From Naegleria gruberi (Eukaryota): a stretch of DNA of 64,000 bases. The DNA is taken from NCBI GenBank assembly GCA_000004985.1, contig GG738899.1, one strand, 5' to 3'. This document shows positions 1 to 10,558 of this stretch, in pieces. The translations under genes and the position numbers were made by a program. The notes beneath the pieces are model-generated. The model was not told where the DNA came from and searched no databases. It was given only the letters and a program-made list of their open reading frames with translations. Positions within the stretch are counted from its first letter, which is position 1. Each line of letters starts with the position of its first letter.

Positions 1-786
1 AGAATGATACTCCCAAGGGTTGGTATTCTGGATTTGAAAGTAGTTACTTGTTCTTTGATGCTCTGACCTATCTTACTATCCATCACGAGAATAATGTCAT
101 TTGGAGTTATTGCTTCTGAGATTAGTTTCATTTCTTCAAAAAGTGATTCTTCTTGTATGGTTCTTGCAGAAGTGTCAACAATTATCAAGTCATAATTTTC
201 TTTTTTAAATGTTTCGACACCATCTTTTGCAATTTTGATGGGATCAGTTTCAAATACATTACCATAAAAGGGAATGGTATCTCTTAATGAATTATGTCTC
301 AGACTATCAAATGCTCCAGTACGAAATGTATTTGAGTTTACTATTGCACATTTGAAACCTTTCTTTTTATAAAACATTGCAAATTTGCTCGCTGTTGTTG
401 TTTTACCAGCTCCTCGTAAACCTATTTCAGTAAAATATTAATCGAATCTCTGTAAATTCTCAAAACTTACCAATAAATAAAATGACATTTTGCTTTCCCT
501 TGACAGGTTTGATCGCTTTCACTCCTGGATCAAATAATTTACACAATTCCTTCTTAAGTATTCGTTTTATATTTTTTTTTCTATTGACATCTTGTGACAT
601 GTTATCCAATTCTTCTTTAATTCCATTGTAAACCTGCACCACTTGTTCACAATTCACATCAGCTTCCAAAAGTGCCTTACTAATCTCTTTCAAAAATTTA
701 TTAACACTTTTATCATCCATAACACTTTGGGAATGTATTGTTAAAAGTGCGTTTGAAAGTTGGGAGCTCAATTCTGACAAAATCAT
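1..786 (-). CDS. SRP54: Signal recognition particle 54 kDa subunit (SRP54). 5' part of the gene: exons 471-786 and 1-421, intron about 422-470; the gene continues past the window start.
   Basis: Translation reads MILSELSSQLSNALLTIHSQ…LLEADVN…KGKQNVILFIG | LRGAGKTTTASKFAMFYKKKGFKCAIVNSNTFRTGAFDSL…YDLIIVDTSAR. This is the SRP54 N-domain plus GTPase domain (P-loop GxGKTTT, DTSxR motif). A 49-nt GTAAGT…ATAG intron restores the conserved IGLRGAGKTT junction. Confidence 0.9.
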
Positions 787-960
787 TTTTTTGCTTTTTT
801 TTTTAAAAAGGTTAAAAATAGAGAGAATTTGTTTTCAATTGATTTTAAGAGATTTTACAATGACGTCAACCAAAGGAGCAGAATTTCAAGTTACCGAATA
901 GATTCCGAAATGGAAAGATTTGAAATTTTGATTAAATTTAAATAAATTTAATTAAAAAAA

Positions 961-2277
961 ATGGAAAGAAAATCTCTGCTCGATCTATCCAGTGATGATT
1001 TACTAGAAATTTGCAAGTTTCTCTCACCTTGTGATATCTTCCGATTATCCCAAACCAATCACTTCATGTATTTTAACCAATTTGAAATTTCACAATCATC
1101 TTGTCGAATGTTTTTCGATTTAATCTCGAAACAAGTCTCCGATCACTTGGAAAATTCGTCATCACAAAAAGTTTGGTGGTTGAGTGATGAAGAAAAATTG
1201 TGGATGGAGAGGAAAATTCAAAATAGAAAAGATTGGAAGAATTTGTTGAGAGTTTATTTGAGGTTGAGTTATATTGAGTTAATGAACGAGAAATATGGAG
1301 AATGTGAATTTTTGATTTATCAACCTTTTGGAAATATTAGAAATGAAACGAATGAGCAAGAAGTTACTTGTTTGGGAGATTTGAAATTGGATTTTACATT
1401 ATCTGAAATGGATGATCCAGTATTGGTTCATGGATACAGAGATTCAGATGGAAATATCAAAATTTTCAATTGGGAAAGACAGAGCTCGAAAGTGAAAACA
1501 GAGCTAAATTTATCTATTCCAACAAAATCCTTACAAAAGAGAGAGTCATTCGTTATAGGCACAGATACAAATTTATTTCAAAGATTGGTTGAATTATGGA
1601 CACCCTATGATGATAGGTTTCATAATGTTATACGAACACAGGAATTCACAATACCTAACCGTGTTTTCAAAATTACAATTAATAAGAGGTCACAGGTCGT
1701 ATACGAAACTGGAAGAGCTCGTCTTAACAGTTTACAAAATTGCCCTTCCAAAATCCTGATTCACACAAAACCACCACGCATTGAACGTATATTCTCACTT
1801 TCTACATTGGCTTGTCATATTCCATTTTATCATGACTTGTTTTCTTTCGTCCTTTTCTCTTGGTTTTTTTATGAACGTTATTCTAGAAGCTTTTTCAGAC
1901 ATTCACAAGAATTATTGTCACATCCATTCAGACATCCATGTTTAGAGGGCCATGAAATGTATCAGTATGCTTACTTTGCAGGGTTTGTTGTTTTCAATGT
2001 ATTGTGTGGGGGAAGTGTTGGATTTATTATGGCTCTGTTGCCAGGAGTTATTTCTTCTGGTTTAAGCATCTTTTTAGGAAGGTTTTTGGATGATTGGGAA
2101 TATCCTGAATCGAGAGAATTGAGATCCACGTGGAATTTACTTGCATTTTTAGAAGTTGCCAATATGACTTCGAGTGTCATTTCAACTTTCGTGCGGAGTG
2201 AAAACTTATTGTTGTGGGCAGACACATGGAAGAATTCAATTTTGGAATATTTCAACTCTAAGAAGAGAAAGGAATAG
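961..2277 (+). CDS. F-box domain protein (438 aa) with a hydrophobic C-terminal half.
   Basis: The ATG at 961 is followed by LLDLSSDDLLEICKFLSPCDIFRLSQTNHFMYFN, an F-box-like motif. It lies 174 bp from the SRP54 start on the opposite strand, so the two share a bidirectional promoter. The C-terminal region is hydrophobic; unmodelled introns there are possible. Confidence 0.6.
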   Translation: MERKSLLDLSSDDLLEICKFLSPCDIFRLSQTNHFMYFNQFEISQSSCRMFFDLISKQVSDHLENSSSQKVWWLSDEEKLWMERKIQNRKDWKNLLRVYLRLSYIELMNEKYGECEFLIYQPFGNIRNETNEQEVTCLGDLKLDFTLSEMDDPVLVHGYRDSDGNIKIFNWERQSSKVKTELNLSIPTKSLQKRESFVIGTDTNLFQRLVELWTPYDDRFHNVIRTQEFTIPNRVFKITINKRSQVVYETGRARLNSLQNCPSKILIHTKPPRIERIFSLSTLACHIPFYHDLFSFVLFSWFFYERYSRSFFRHSQELLSHPFRHPCLEGHEMYQYAYFAGFVVFNVLCGGSVGFIMALLPGVISSGLSIFLGRFLDDWEYPESRELRSTWNLLAFLEVANMTSSVISTFVRSENLLLWADTWKNSILEYFNSKKRKE

Positions 2278-2281
2278 TTAT

Positions 2282-3541
2282 TTATTCGATTTTGACAAAG
2301 TATCTGCACTTTCTATTCTTGGACTTTTTAAAGAGAGAATCCAATGAGTACTTTTTGCTTGACTTTTTGATTGGAATTGAAACTCGTTCGCTTCTTCCTC
2401 TTTTAGAAGATTTGGAGTTGTTTCTATTCTTCTTGCTGGATTTCTTTCTTCTTGAAACCTTTTCTTTTCTTTGATTCTTTGCCTTCTTGAAGTATTTAAT
2501 TCCATTACTGAATTGTTTCACAGCATCTTTGATTTTGATCCATGTTTTCTTATTCTTGACTGCATGCTTAAGCTTTGATTTGATGAGTTTGAATCCACTC
2601 TTGACTCCCTTCTTGATGGCAGCCAATAATTGTTTACGATTCTTAATTAATTTAGTGGCTTTTTTCAAAGATTGCTTCAACAATTTGAAATTCTTTGGAT
2701 AGAAAATCTTTGGTGCCAATCCCAATAATTTGAAACCAGCTCTAAAGCTCAACAATCCATTGACAACATTCAATGTCTTTCTAACGATTTGGAATGCCTT
2801 ATTCTTGACAATTGGAGCTACTGCCTTTGCTGCCTTATTCTCAATTGGAGCCAGTTTAGTCATTGTAAACTTGCTAATTGCAGAACCAACCTTATTGGCA
2901 GCTCTTGCAATCTTTTTCATTCCCAATTTGTTGAGAATCTTGGAAATAGGACCTGCTATGAAATTTGCAACATTGGACACTTCTGTACTGTATGTTCCTA
3001 ATCCATTCAAGAAATTCATGGTTTCGCCTGTAACCATCAAGCCAGCAATTGCAACTTTTTGAACCCACAAAGTTTTCACTTTTGAATGTTTTGATTTCTT
3101 CTTTAAATATTGAACATCCTTCAATGAAGCTTTCAACAAATCTGCAGCTGGATGTTTAGCTCTTCTGAGGAAATCTTTTACAATGGCCAAGAGTTGTTGT
3201 CTCAATAGTTTGGCTGCTGGTGTTCTTTTTCTAAGAAGAGAATCAGCAATCTAACAAAATGTCAAAATGTCAGCAAATCAAAAGATATGTCATCAACTAA
3301 CCTTTTTAATATTGGCAGCTAGAATCAAAAACTTCTCAGAAATGATCAATTCTCTTTTTTTAGAAACTACATGTGTAAATTTCTTTACAATTTTACGAGT
3401 TCTGTTATCGATGGTGATGGAAGTTGGTTGGGATTTTGTTTGGATAGCATGCACATGCAAAATACAAACTAGAACAAGTAGCAAGATTGCAGAATAACAA
3501 AATCTTTTCATTTTTTTTAGATGTGGTAATGAAATTTCCAT
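2282..3541 (-). CDS. Secreted Lys/Ala-rich cationic repeat protein of about 400 aa. Exons 3302-3541 and 2282-3250, intron about 3251-3301.
   Basis: The N-terminus MEISLPHLKKMKRFCYSAILLLVLVCILHVHA is a signal peptide. A 51-nt intron (GTTAGT…TTAG) joins in frame (…LAANIKK|IADSLLRKR…). The body is a long run of amphipathic K/A-rich helices (AAKAVAPIVKNKAFQIVRK…, KSGFKLIKSKLKHAVKNKK…, GIKYFKKAKN) with a strongly basic tail. Total CDS is 1209 nt, which is 403 codons. Confidence 0.55.
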
Positions 3542-3660
3542 GGTGGTCGACTCTTTAGAGTTTGAAGTTGACAAGTGGCATTCACTGACAGCAGAAGCTC
3601 AACTTCAGTGGTCTGTGATGAAAGCACAACGATCTTACTAATGTTACCTTTAATATGATT

Positions 3661-6600
3661 TTAGTTGAGTTTGGATTGTTTAATAAGGTCATTCTTAGAG
3701 TCGAGAATATCATGATAGGATGAATACTCTGAAGTAAAAACTAATCTAGAATAGCTATCTTGCAGATTCATCAATAATTCAGTCTTTAGATCTTTGATAC
3801 ATTCAGTGATTCTTTGGTTATGTGGAGATTTACCTTCCTTGCTGTTAGAAAGTTCAACTGAATTCGAATCTAAGTCCTTGAGAATTGATAGCAAATTCTT
3901 TCTCAAGTTAGATGGGATATTGACCTCATTCACACTTCCACTTTTAATGTAGGTTTCAAATAATGTGGTAAAGAAACTCTTTAGCTCTTTGATTCCTCCA
4001 TTCAAAGCACATTCGTTTTGTTTCAGATAGGTGTATAATTGAACATTTTCCAATGAAAATTCCTTCTTACAAAACCATTCCATCAATGAACAGCCTTCTT
4101 CACTATCCAAAAAGGTTACCAATTCAGAAAATTCTTCTTTTGACTCGTTTGATTTTCTTAATTTGGAAACTAACAACACTAATAACGAATATCCACCAAA
4201 TACAAAACAATAACTAGCCAAATATAAAATTTCAAATGCCATTGAAACAGAATCATTCACAATCATTCTCTTTTGAGATGAAATTCCAGATAATCCAATT
4301 ATTTGATTACAAACAAGGAAAATAAAACACACAACAAAGAAAATCATTTCCACTCTAAAGTAAAGTGGTGAATCAACTCTCGAATACCAATTGACCACTT
4401 GTTTGGCAGGTAAGAGGACGAAATTTGTTTTCTTCTTTGTGTCCATGTTTGTAATTTTTGAAATGATTTCGTCCTTTTTCTGGAAGAAAGAAATGGAATA
4501 ATCCAAAATAATTAATCCAACAATTAGTAAACAAATGGAAAGAATGATACAAGTAAATGAAATGGAAACCACATAGGTGTAATCTCGCCCTACAAGAACA
4601 TTGGTTCTCACTAAAATAACCCACAACGTCCAAAACATTAAGTTTCCAATAAATCCACTAATTAAACTGAGTAACATTATTCTAGTCGAGAGGAAACTCT
4701 TCACTACTTTGAGCACTTTTTCTCCTTCCTTTTTCTCCTTAGAATTGGAAAATATTGCCAATTTGTGATAGAAATATTTCAACAACTCAAATCTCGTCAC
4801 TTGATACAAATACGAAATGAAAGCAGTGATTGTAATAGAGTTTACAATAATTGTAATGATATTAGATAAGATATTAGCTGCCAAATCACCATATTCCCAT
4901 GAAACTGAACTTGACTGAGGTCCATTCACTTGAACCTGTCCAGAAAGCAAAACACTCTTCTGTGTAACCAACAACAATGCTGTCTGAATAATCATTGCTG
5001 ACATTCCAATAAAAGGTGTCACGAATCTACTCTTCACAGGTTGATAATTCCTAAAAACAATCAACAGAACCATCAACACACATGACACTATAAAGAAAAT
5101 ACTGCCATACACAATCTGGGTAATGTAAATTCCTTGCAATTCTTTCGGTTCTCCCTTAGTTGTGTTAAATTCCACAAATGCTGAGAATAAAGTTGTGTGA
5201 TTGCATTGACATTGAATATTGAGAGAGTTTGAAGAGAGGAATTCACATCCGTTGGATTCCCATGATTGGCCAGTTTCGTTCCAGTATTTACAGGCGATGG
5301 AGGAGTTTAGGATAGTGTTGTTATTGAGTGGGAGAGTGATGATGAAAGGTTTGGTTAAATCTTTGATTTCTAATAAGTTTCCTTCTTTGTAAATAGAGAA
5401 TTCTGTAAATGAAGAGAGGGAGTTTGTTAGCGAGAAATTATCTGGTTTGATGTTTTTCGAATATTTGATAAGGGACATACCAAATTGTTTCGAATAACCA
5501 TTATACGAACTCATAACATTATCCAGATCAATTCGTACATCTTTAAAATTGGATTTTTCTCCACCTTCGGTTTGCTCATTCTTAATAAAGTTTGAAGTGT
5601 AGATATCTACACTGCCAGAAGTAAAAATCCTTTTAGAAATGGGAGGATTAGTATTCGAAAGTAACTGTGGTGGCTCACTAAGAATTGCCAATTTTGAAAC
5701 ATGATTGTAAATTCTCGATACATTAGTATTACCCTGATCTAGAATACTTGTAGTTGCCATGAGAATACTGTTCAAATCACTGCTGGAAACAATCTTTTCT
5801 TTTACGAAACCAAACGAATCAAACTGATTCTTATAATTACTTGTTAGATTCAAAAAGTATGAATCAAGCTTTTGAGCAATAACAGAGCTAGCCTCTACCG
5901 ATTTGGAATTCAACAAAACCTTCTTCAACGTGTCAATTACCTGTGATGGATTTTGTTGTGGGATTTCTAATGACTTTACAATTTCCAATAAAACAGAATT
6001 ATCTGACAGAGAATCATATGGAACGACTGTTGAAAGTTTGGAATCTGATTTCAATCTTTCTAATAGAGAAGCCTTTGGGTCAGGAAATGGTAAAACTGAA
6101 AGGTCTCCTGCAAGAGCTTCAATATATTCGAAACCTTGCGAATCTTTAAGAAACAGCATCATGGTTATGTTATTTGTAAAATAGGGAAGATAAACAGAAT
6201 CTATCGAGGCTGTTTCTGTAACATATCGAGTAATTCTCACATTGCTCATGTCCTTGTATTGGAAACCTAAGGCATATTGTAAAGGAGACAGATTAGTCAA
6301 TAAAATAATGTCAAAACTAAACTTTACAAGAGTCTTGAGAGCATAAACTGTTGAGTTTCCACTAACAATTGTGAATTGATTTCTCAATAGTTGTGGCTTT
6401 GAATAAACTGGAATTGTTTCTCGAACAGTTGTCATTTGTAAACCAGACGAAAGTGTAACCTCAAGAGTCAAATCCGAAACTGTTCTCAAAGATTCAACAG
6501 AGAATGATAGTAATGGATTGAATTTGACTGAACTAATTCCATCATATTCTCCTTTTGTAATTCCACTTCTTGTTGATTCTAAAATGGATGTTGTCATTGT

Positions 6601-8166
6601 GATGGAATATGTTAGTGGAATTGAGCATTTTCCAATACAATTAAAAAAACTGGAACCGTTCTGAATATATTGAATTCCTTGAATGATACTATCCAAGTTA
6701 TGATTCTTGTCCTTAATGAAATAGGAAGGAAATCCAAATTTGGTAATTATTGGTAAACTATGAATGGTTACGTTAAAAGTGATGGAATTTGAAATTATCT
6801 TTTTAGAGATGGTGCTATTTGCTTCCACTGCAAACGTGTAACTTGCATCTGTTATTGTAAAATTACTGAAATACGACCAATTGAACTGTGGTTGAGTAAT
6901 TTGTGGATTACAATTCAAACATTTCCAAACAAAGGAAATTGCATTCAATTCTAAAGCACTCAGTGCTCTATTACTTAAATCATAAGTATCCAATTTCAAT
7001 TCTAAATTATTTCCCCTACCAATATGATAATCATTCAAAGGTAAAGAGATTCGAATATATTGTCCATCACATATGTCTCCAAAATATCCCTCCGTACAAG
7101 CACATCCTCCTGTTAACGCTGTTGTGTTAAAAGAACAGTATCCATGTGATGAACAAGCTCTGACATCACTACTGGCATAAAAAACTTCATTTCCATTGAA
7201 AACTCCTTTACAAAGTAAATTTTGACATTTGGGTCCATTAACTTTTACATTGTCATTGACATCATAACAGAGACAAGTGCCATCTGGTAAACATTTGCCT
7301 TTTCCACTACAAACATTTGGATCATCTTGTCTTATTCCATGACAACTTGACACATTACAAATAGGTCCATAAAATCCACTCTTACATGTGCAATAATTGG
7401 TTGAGGTACAATTTCCATTTCCTGCACAAACATTCACATCATTCCACAGAATTCCATTACAACTGTGAGTCGCATTCTCACACTCACTTCCATTATAACC
7501 ATTATAACACTCACACCTATTATACGAAACACATTTTCCATTAGAATTACATGCACCATCATTAATAGTCTTTGAAAAACAAACTGGATATTCACAAAAA
7601 AGTCCAACATACATAGCTGGACCAGTTGGAGCATATTTCGTCACTGGATTCCAACATACATTTCCATTCGAATCATAAATAATCATCTTTCTATCAGCTC
7701 CAATGATCAATCGAAATGGTCCACTACCTCCCATAGGACATGCACTACTCAATTCATGGGCAAAACTTCCACCTTGAAAGAGTTTCAATTGACCATTTCC
7801 ATTATCCAATACCATAGTAAATCCTGAACCTGCAACAGTAACACTCGAATAATCATCATCCCCTGTATCTGCATTAACCAATTTGAGTTGACCATTCAAT
7901 GTGAGTGTCATGTACTCATTTTGTTGTGGATTATAGAGACGAGCACCTTCTTGGATAGTTCCATTTATGGATGAGTCAATATAATTACCAGAGGATAGAT
8001 CTAAACAAATGCAATTTCCACTACTGCTAGAACAGATACCATTACCAGAGCATGTGCGAGGATCATTATAGGCGTTGCAATTTAGAGCGGCCAAAGATTG
8101 GTCAACCAAAGGAAGACACTGGACAAGGAATAGACAGAGAAACAAGAGACAAAAGAAAGATCTCAT
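3661..8166 (-). CDS. Adhesion-GPCR-like 7TM receptor with a C-terminal RGS domain, 1501 aa. Domain order is signal peptide, bulb-type lectin, EGF-like ×4-5, long Ser/Asn-rich stalk, GAIN/GPS motif, 7TM, RGS. No intron seen.
   Basis: Signal peptide: MRSFFCLLFLCLFLVQC. B-lectin triplet motifs: LTLNGQLKLVNADTGD, MVLDNGNGQLKLF, MIIYDSNGNVCW. Cys-rich EGF modules: CxCxxGYxGxxC, for example CSGKGKCLPDGTCLCYD. GPS motif: CKYWNETGQSWESNGCEFLSSNSLNIQCQCNHTTLFSAF. Seven hydrophobic helices follow. RGS-like box: FSLENVQLYTYLKQ…EVNIPSNLRKNL. Confidence 0.8.
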   Translation of the reverse strand: MRSFFCLLFLCLFLVQCLPLVDQSLAALNCNAYNDPRTCSGNGICSSSSGNCICLDLSSGNYIDSSINGTIQEGARLYNPQQNEYMTLTLNGQLKLVNADTGDDDYSSVTVAGSGFTMVLDNGNGQLKLFQGGSFAHELSSACPMGGSGPFRLIIGADRKMIIYDSNGNVCWNPVTKYAPTGPAMYVGLFCEYPVCFSKTINDGACNSNGKCVSYNRCECYNGYNGSECENATHSCNGILWNDVNVCAGNGNCTSTNYCTCKSGFYGPICNVSSCHGIRQDDPNVCSGKGKCLPDGTCLCYDVNDNVKVNGPKCQNLLCKGVFNGNEVFYASSDVRACSSHGYCSFNTTALTGGCACTEGYFGDICDGQYIRISLPLNDYHIGRGNNLELKLDTYDLSNRALSALELNAISFVWKCLNCNPQITQPQFNWSYFSNFTITDASYTFAVEANSTISKKIISNSITFNVTIHSLPIITKFGFPSYFIKDKNHNLDSIIQGIQYIQNGSSFFNCIGKCSIPLTYSITMTTSILESTRSGITKGEYDGISSVKFNPLLSFSVESLRTVSDLTLEVTLSSGLQMTTVRETIPVYSKPQLLRNQFTIVSGNSTVYALKTLVKFSFDIILLTNLSPLQYALGFQYKDMSNVRITRYVTETASIDSVYLPYFTNNITMMLFLKDSQGFEYIEALAGDLSVLPFPDPKASLLERLKSDSKLSTVVPYDSLSDNSVLLEIVKSLEIPQQNPSQVIDTLKKVLLNSKSVEASSVIAQKLDSYFLNLTSNYKNQFDSFGFVKEKIVSSSDLNSILMATTSILDQGNTNVSRIYNHVSKLAILSEPPQLLSNTNPPISKRIFTSGSVDIYTSNFIKNEQTEGGEKSNFKDVRIDLDNVMSSYNGYSKQFGMSLIKYSKNIKPDNFSLTNSLSSFTEFSIYKEGNLLEIKDLTKPFIITLPLNNNTILNSSIACKYWNETGQSWESNGCEFLSSNSLNIQCQCNHTTLFSAFVEFNTTKGEPKELQGIYITQIVYGSIFFIVSCVLMVLLIVFRNYQPVKSRFVTPFIGMSAMIIQTALLLVTQKSVLLSGQVQVNGPQSSSVSWEYGDLAANILSNIITIIVNSITITAFISYLYQVTRFELLKYFYHKLAIFSNSKEKKEGEKVLKVVKSFLSTRIMLLSLISGFIGNLMFWTLWVILVRTNVLVGRDYTYVVSISFTCIILSICLLIVGLIILDYSISFFQKKDEIISKITNMDTKKKTNFVLLPAKQVVNWYSRVDSPLYFRVEMIFFVVCFIFLVCNQIIGLSGISSQKRMIVNDSVSMAFEILYLASYCFVFGGYSLLVLLVSKLRKSNESKEEFSELVTFLDSEEGCSLMEWFCKKEFSLENVQLYTYLKQNECALNGGIKELKSFFTTLFETYIKSGSVNEVNIPSNLRKNLLSILKDLDSNSVELSNSKEGKSPHNQRITECIKDLKTELLMNLQDSYSRLVFTSEYSSYHDILDSKNDLIKQSKLN

Positions 8167-8444
8167 AACTGCTGTGCTGCCTGGTTTGCTTGTGTTGTTT
8201 GATTTTTTTCAATGAGATTGCTGATTCATGATTGACCGTTCGAGTTGAAATCTGTGTTACCATCTTTTTTTCTGATTGGTCAATTTAGCCACATTCCACC
8301 GATTAAAAGACCAAAAATAAGATGCAATTATCATTCCATTGTCCAAGTAGTTGTTTTATGTTGAGCCTTTCAAATATTGTTAATTGCCTTTCTTGGAAAT
8401 TTGTGTGTTAATTATTTATTAAATAAATTGTAAAGTGTAAAAAA

Positions 8445-9954
8445 ATGTTAAAAAGAGGATTACGAATTGTACCCAAATCACAAAGGCCATCATGCTCTCT
8501 TTCCAAAACACCTAAATATCATCCTCATCATCACATTCATAATAATAATTTTTCATCTCCATCATCATCATCGGAGGGAATTAATAGAAAATATTCATCA
8601 TCATTAATTCATCATCATGATAATAATGAAAAGATACCAATTTCATTGTATTTTCATTGGCCATTCTGTTTATCCATTTGTTCCTATTGTGATTTTAATA
8701 GATATAAACGAAATTCTTCATCCATTGAATCGTTTGAGGAAAATTCACTCGGCAAACAAATGATGGACACTTATTTGAAGGTTTTGACACAAATTAAAGG
8801 AAAATTGGAGAATGATTTGGTGATTGGTGGTAATTTAGAGCAATATGAATTGGTTTCTGTGTTTTTTGGAGGTGGAACTCCATCAACAATGCATCCTTTG
8901 GCTATGGAAAAGATAATTTCACACGGATTGGAAATGTTTGGAAAGAGTAGAGAGGATGGAGTTGAAATTTCAATGGAGGCAAATCCAACTTCAATCGAGT
9001 ATGGAAAATTAAAGGATTTTCATAGAGCTGGAATTAACAGAGTGAGCATTGGAGTGCAAAGTTTTGATTCTGAATGTTTGAAGAGCTTGGGAAGAGAACA
9101 TTCAATTGAGGATGCTTTGAATGCTATAGATATTGCAAGGAATACATTTGGAGAGGATAGTATTTCAATAGATTTAATGTTTGGATTAGCTCAACATAAG
9201 AATAATCCGTCAATTTGGAAGAATTCTTTGGCAAAGGCACTTTCTCTGAATTTATCACACTTGTCATTGTATCAGTTGACAATTGAGAAGGGTACTAAAT
9301 TCCACAGATTATTTAATGTTGAAAAGGATTTACCAAATGAAGAAGAATCGAGTCATTTATATGAATTTACCATTGAAGAATGTAAAAAACATGGATTGGA
9401 AATGTATGAGGTTTCTAATTTTGCCAAACCTGGCAAAGAATGTAAACACAATATCATGTATTGGAAGTCAATTCATGATTTTATCGTAAGTTTTATTAAA
9501 TAACAAGGTATTCTCATTCAATACGAATTAGGGTGTTGGACCAGGAGCTCACGGAAGACTCACCAATCACAATACTAGGGAAAGATTCAGCACTATTCAA
9601 GTAATGAGACCAGAGGATTGGATTGAACAAGTAGATAATCAATTGAATCATATTCACAAACCATCTTTATTATTTGGAGATATTAAGGAAGAAAAGTTAA
9701 CAGAGGAACAACAAATTGAGGAATTATTCATGATGGGGCTCAGAATGCCAAAAGAAGGAGTGAGTGAAAGCTCTCTACGTGCTATCAATCCTGAACTTTC
9801 TTTTGAAAAACTATTGAATGCTAACATGATTAAACAATTGGAAAATCATGGATATATTAAATTAATCAAAGAGGAAAATGATAAAAGAATTGTAGCAACA
9901 ATGAGTGGAATTAGCGTACTGGATATTCTAATTGCCAATTTACTATCCAAGTAA
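8445..9954 (+). CDS. Radical-SAM HemN-like protein (RSAD1 / oxygen-independent coproporphyrinogen-III oxidase-like). Exons 8445-9485 and 9532-9954, intron about 9486-9531.
   Basis: The CxxxCxxC radical-SAM cluster motif is present as LYFHWPFCLSICSYCDFNRY. HemN-family motifs GGGTPS and GVGPGAHGR are also present, and the C-terminal HemN-C-like region follows. A 46-nt intron (GTAAGT…AATTAG) joins …SIHDFI|GVGPGAHGRL in frame. The N-terminal extension is His/Ser-rich and may be a targeting sequence. Confidence 0.85.
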
Positions 9955-10558
9955 TATTTCATTTAGAGAATCGAATTGCTCATCACCTGGAGTGGTATCA
10001 CCATTTCTGAAGAGAAGATCATGGAACGAGACTTAGTGAGTTTTTATTGAAATATCGGAGAATTGCCCTTCCTTTGATAATATCAATAACTTTGAATATT
10101 TGCAAGTCGTTTCGTCTCTAAATTTAAAGTAAAATCTAAAGCTTTGTCCATGGTGTGTGAATCTTTGCTACTGTTGATAATAAATAATTGAGAATTACAT
10201 GAGTTTCTGGAAAGCAGAAATGAACTTGAAATAGTTCTGGATTTTCTGGAAATGGTCTGAATGAGAAAAGTTTGGTATTGGCTAATTTGCACTTTTCTGG
10301 GTATGGAGTTAGTGAGGTTGGTCAATCTATGGTTCAAAAAGAGAAGAGGAACTGGAATATCAGTTATTGAAATAACAGTCTCTCAAACTTGTATGAATTA
10401 TAAATTTCCATTCCTCCTCCCTTCCGAATAGAGAATCAACAGGAGTTGAGGTTAATGTTGAAAAAGGAAGTTATCCCCAAAGTCAATAACTAAACGTGAT
10501 TTAATATTTTTAACAAACGTGACAAGTTGTTAATCTGTTTGCAACACAACAAAAAAAA

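Noticed and set aside
4373-7634. Antisense and overlapping ORFs inside the giant receptor genes (for example 4373-4633, 5903-6184, 7434-7634, 46392-46883, 47025-47243).
   Set aside because: They are shadows of the long sense ORFs on the opposite strand or in alternate frames, with no independent start context or domain content.
10083-10337. 84-aa minus-strand ORF in the spacer before the 7TM-RGS gene.
   Set aside because: Low-complexity composition, no recognisable motif, and it overlaps the likely promoter of 10559-12763. Treated as spurious.
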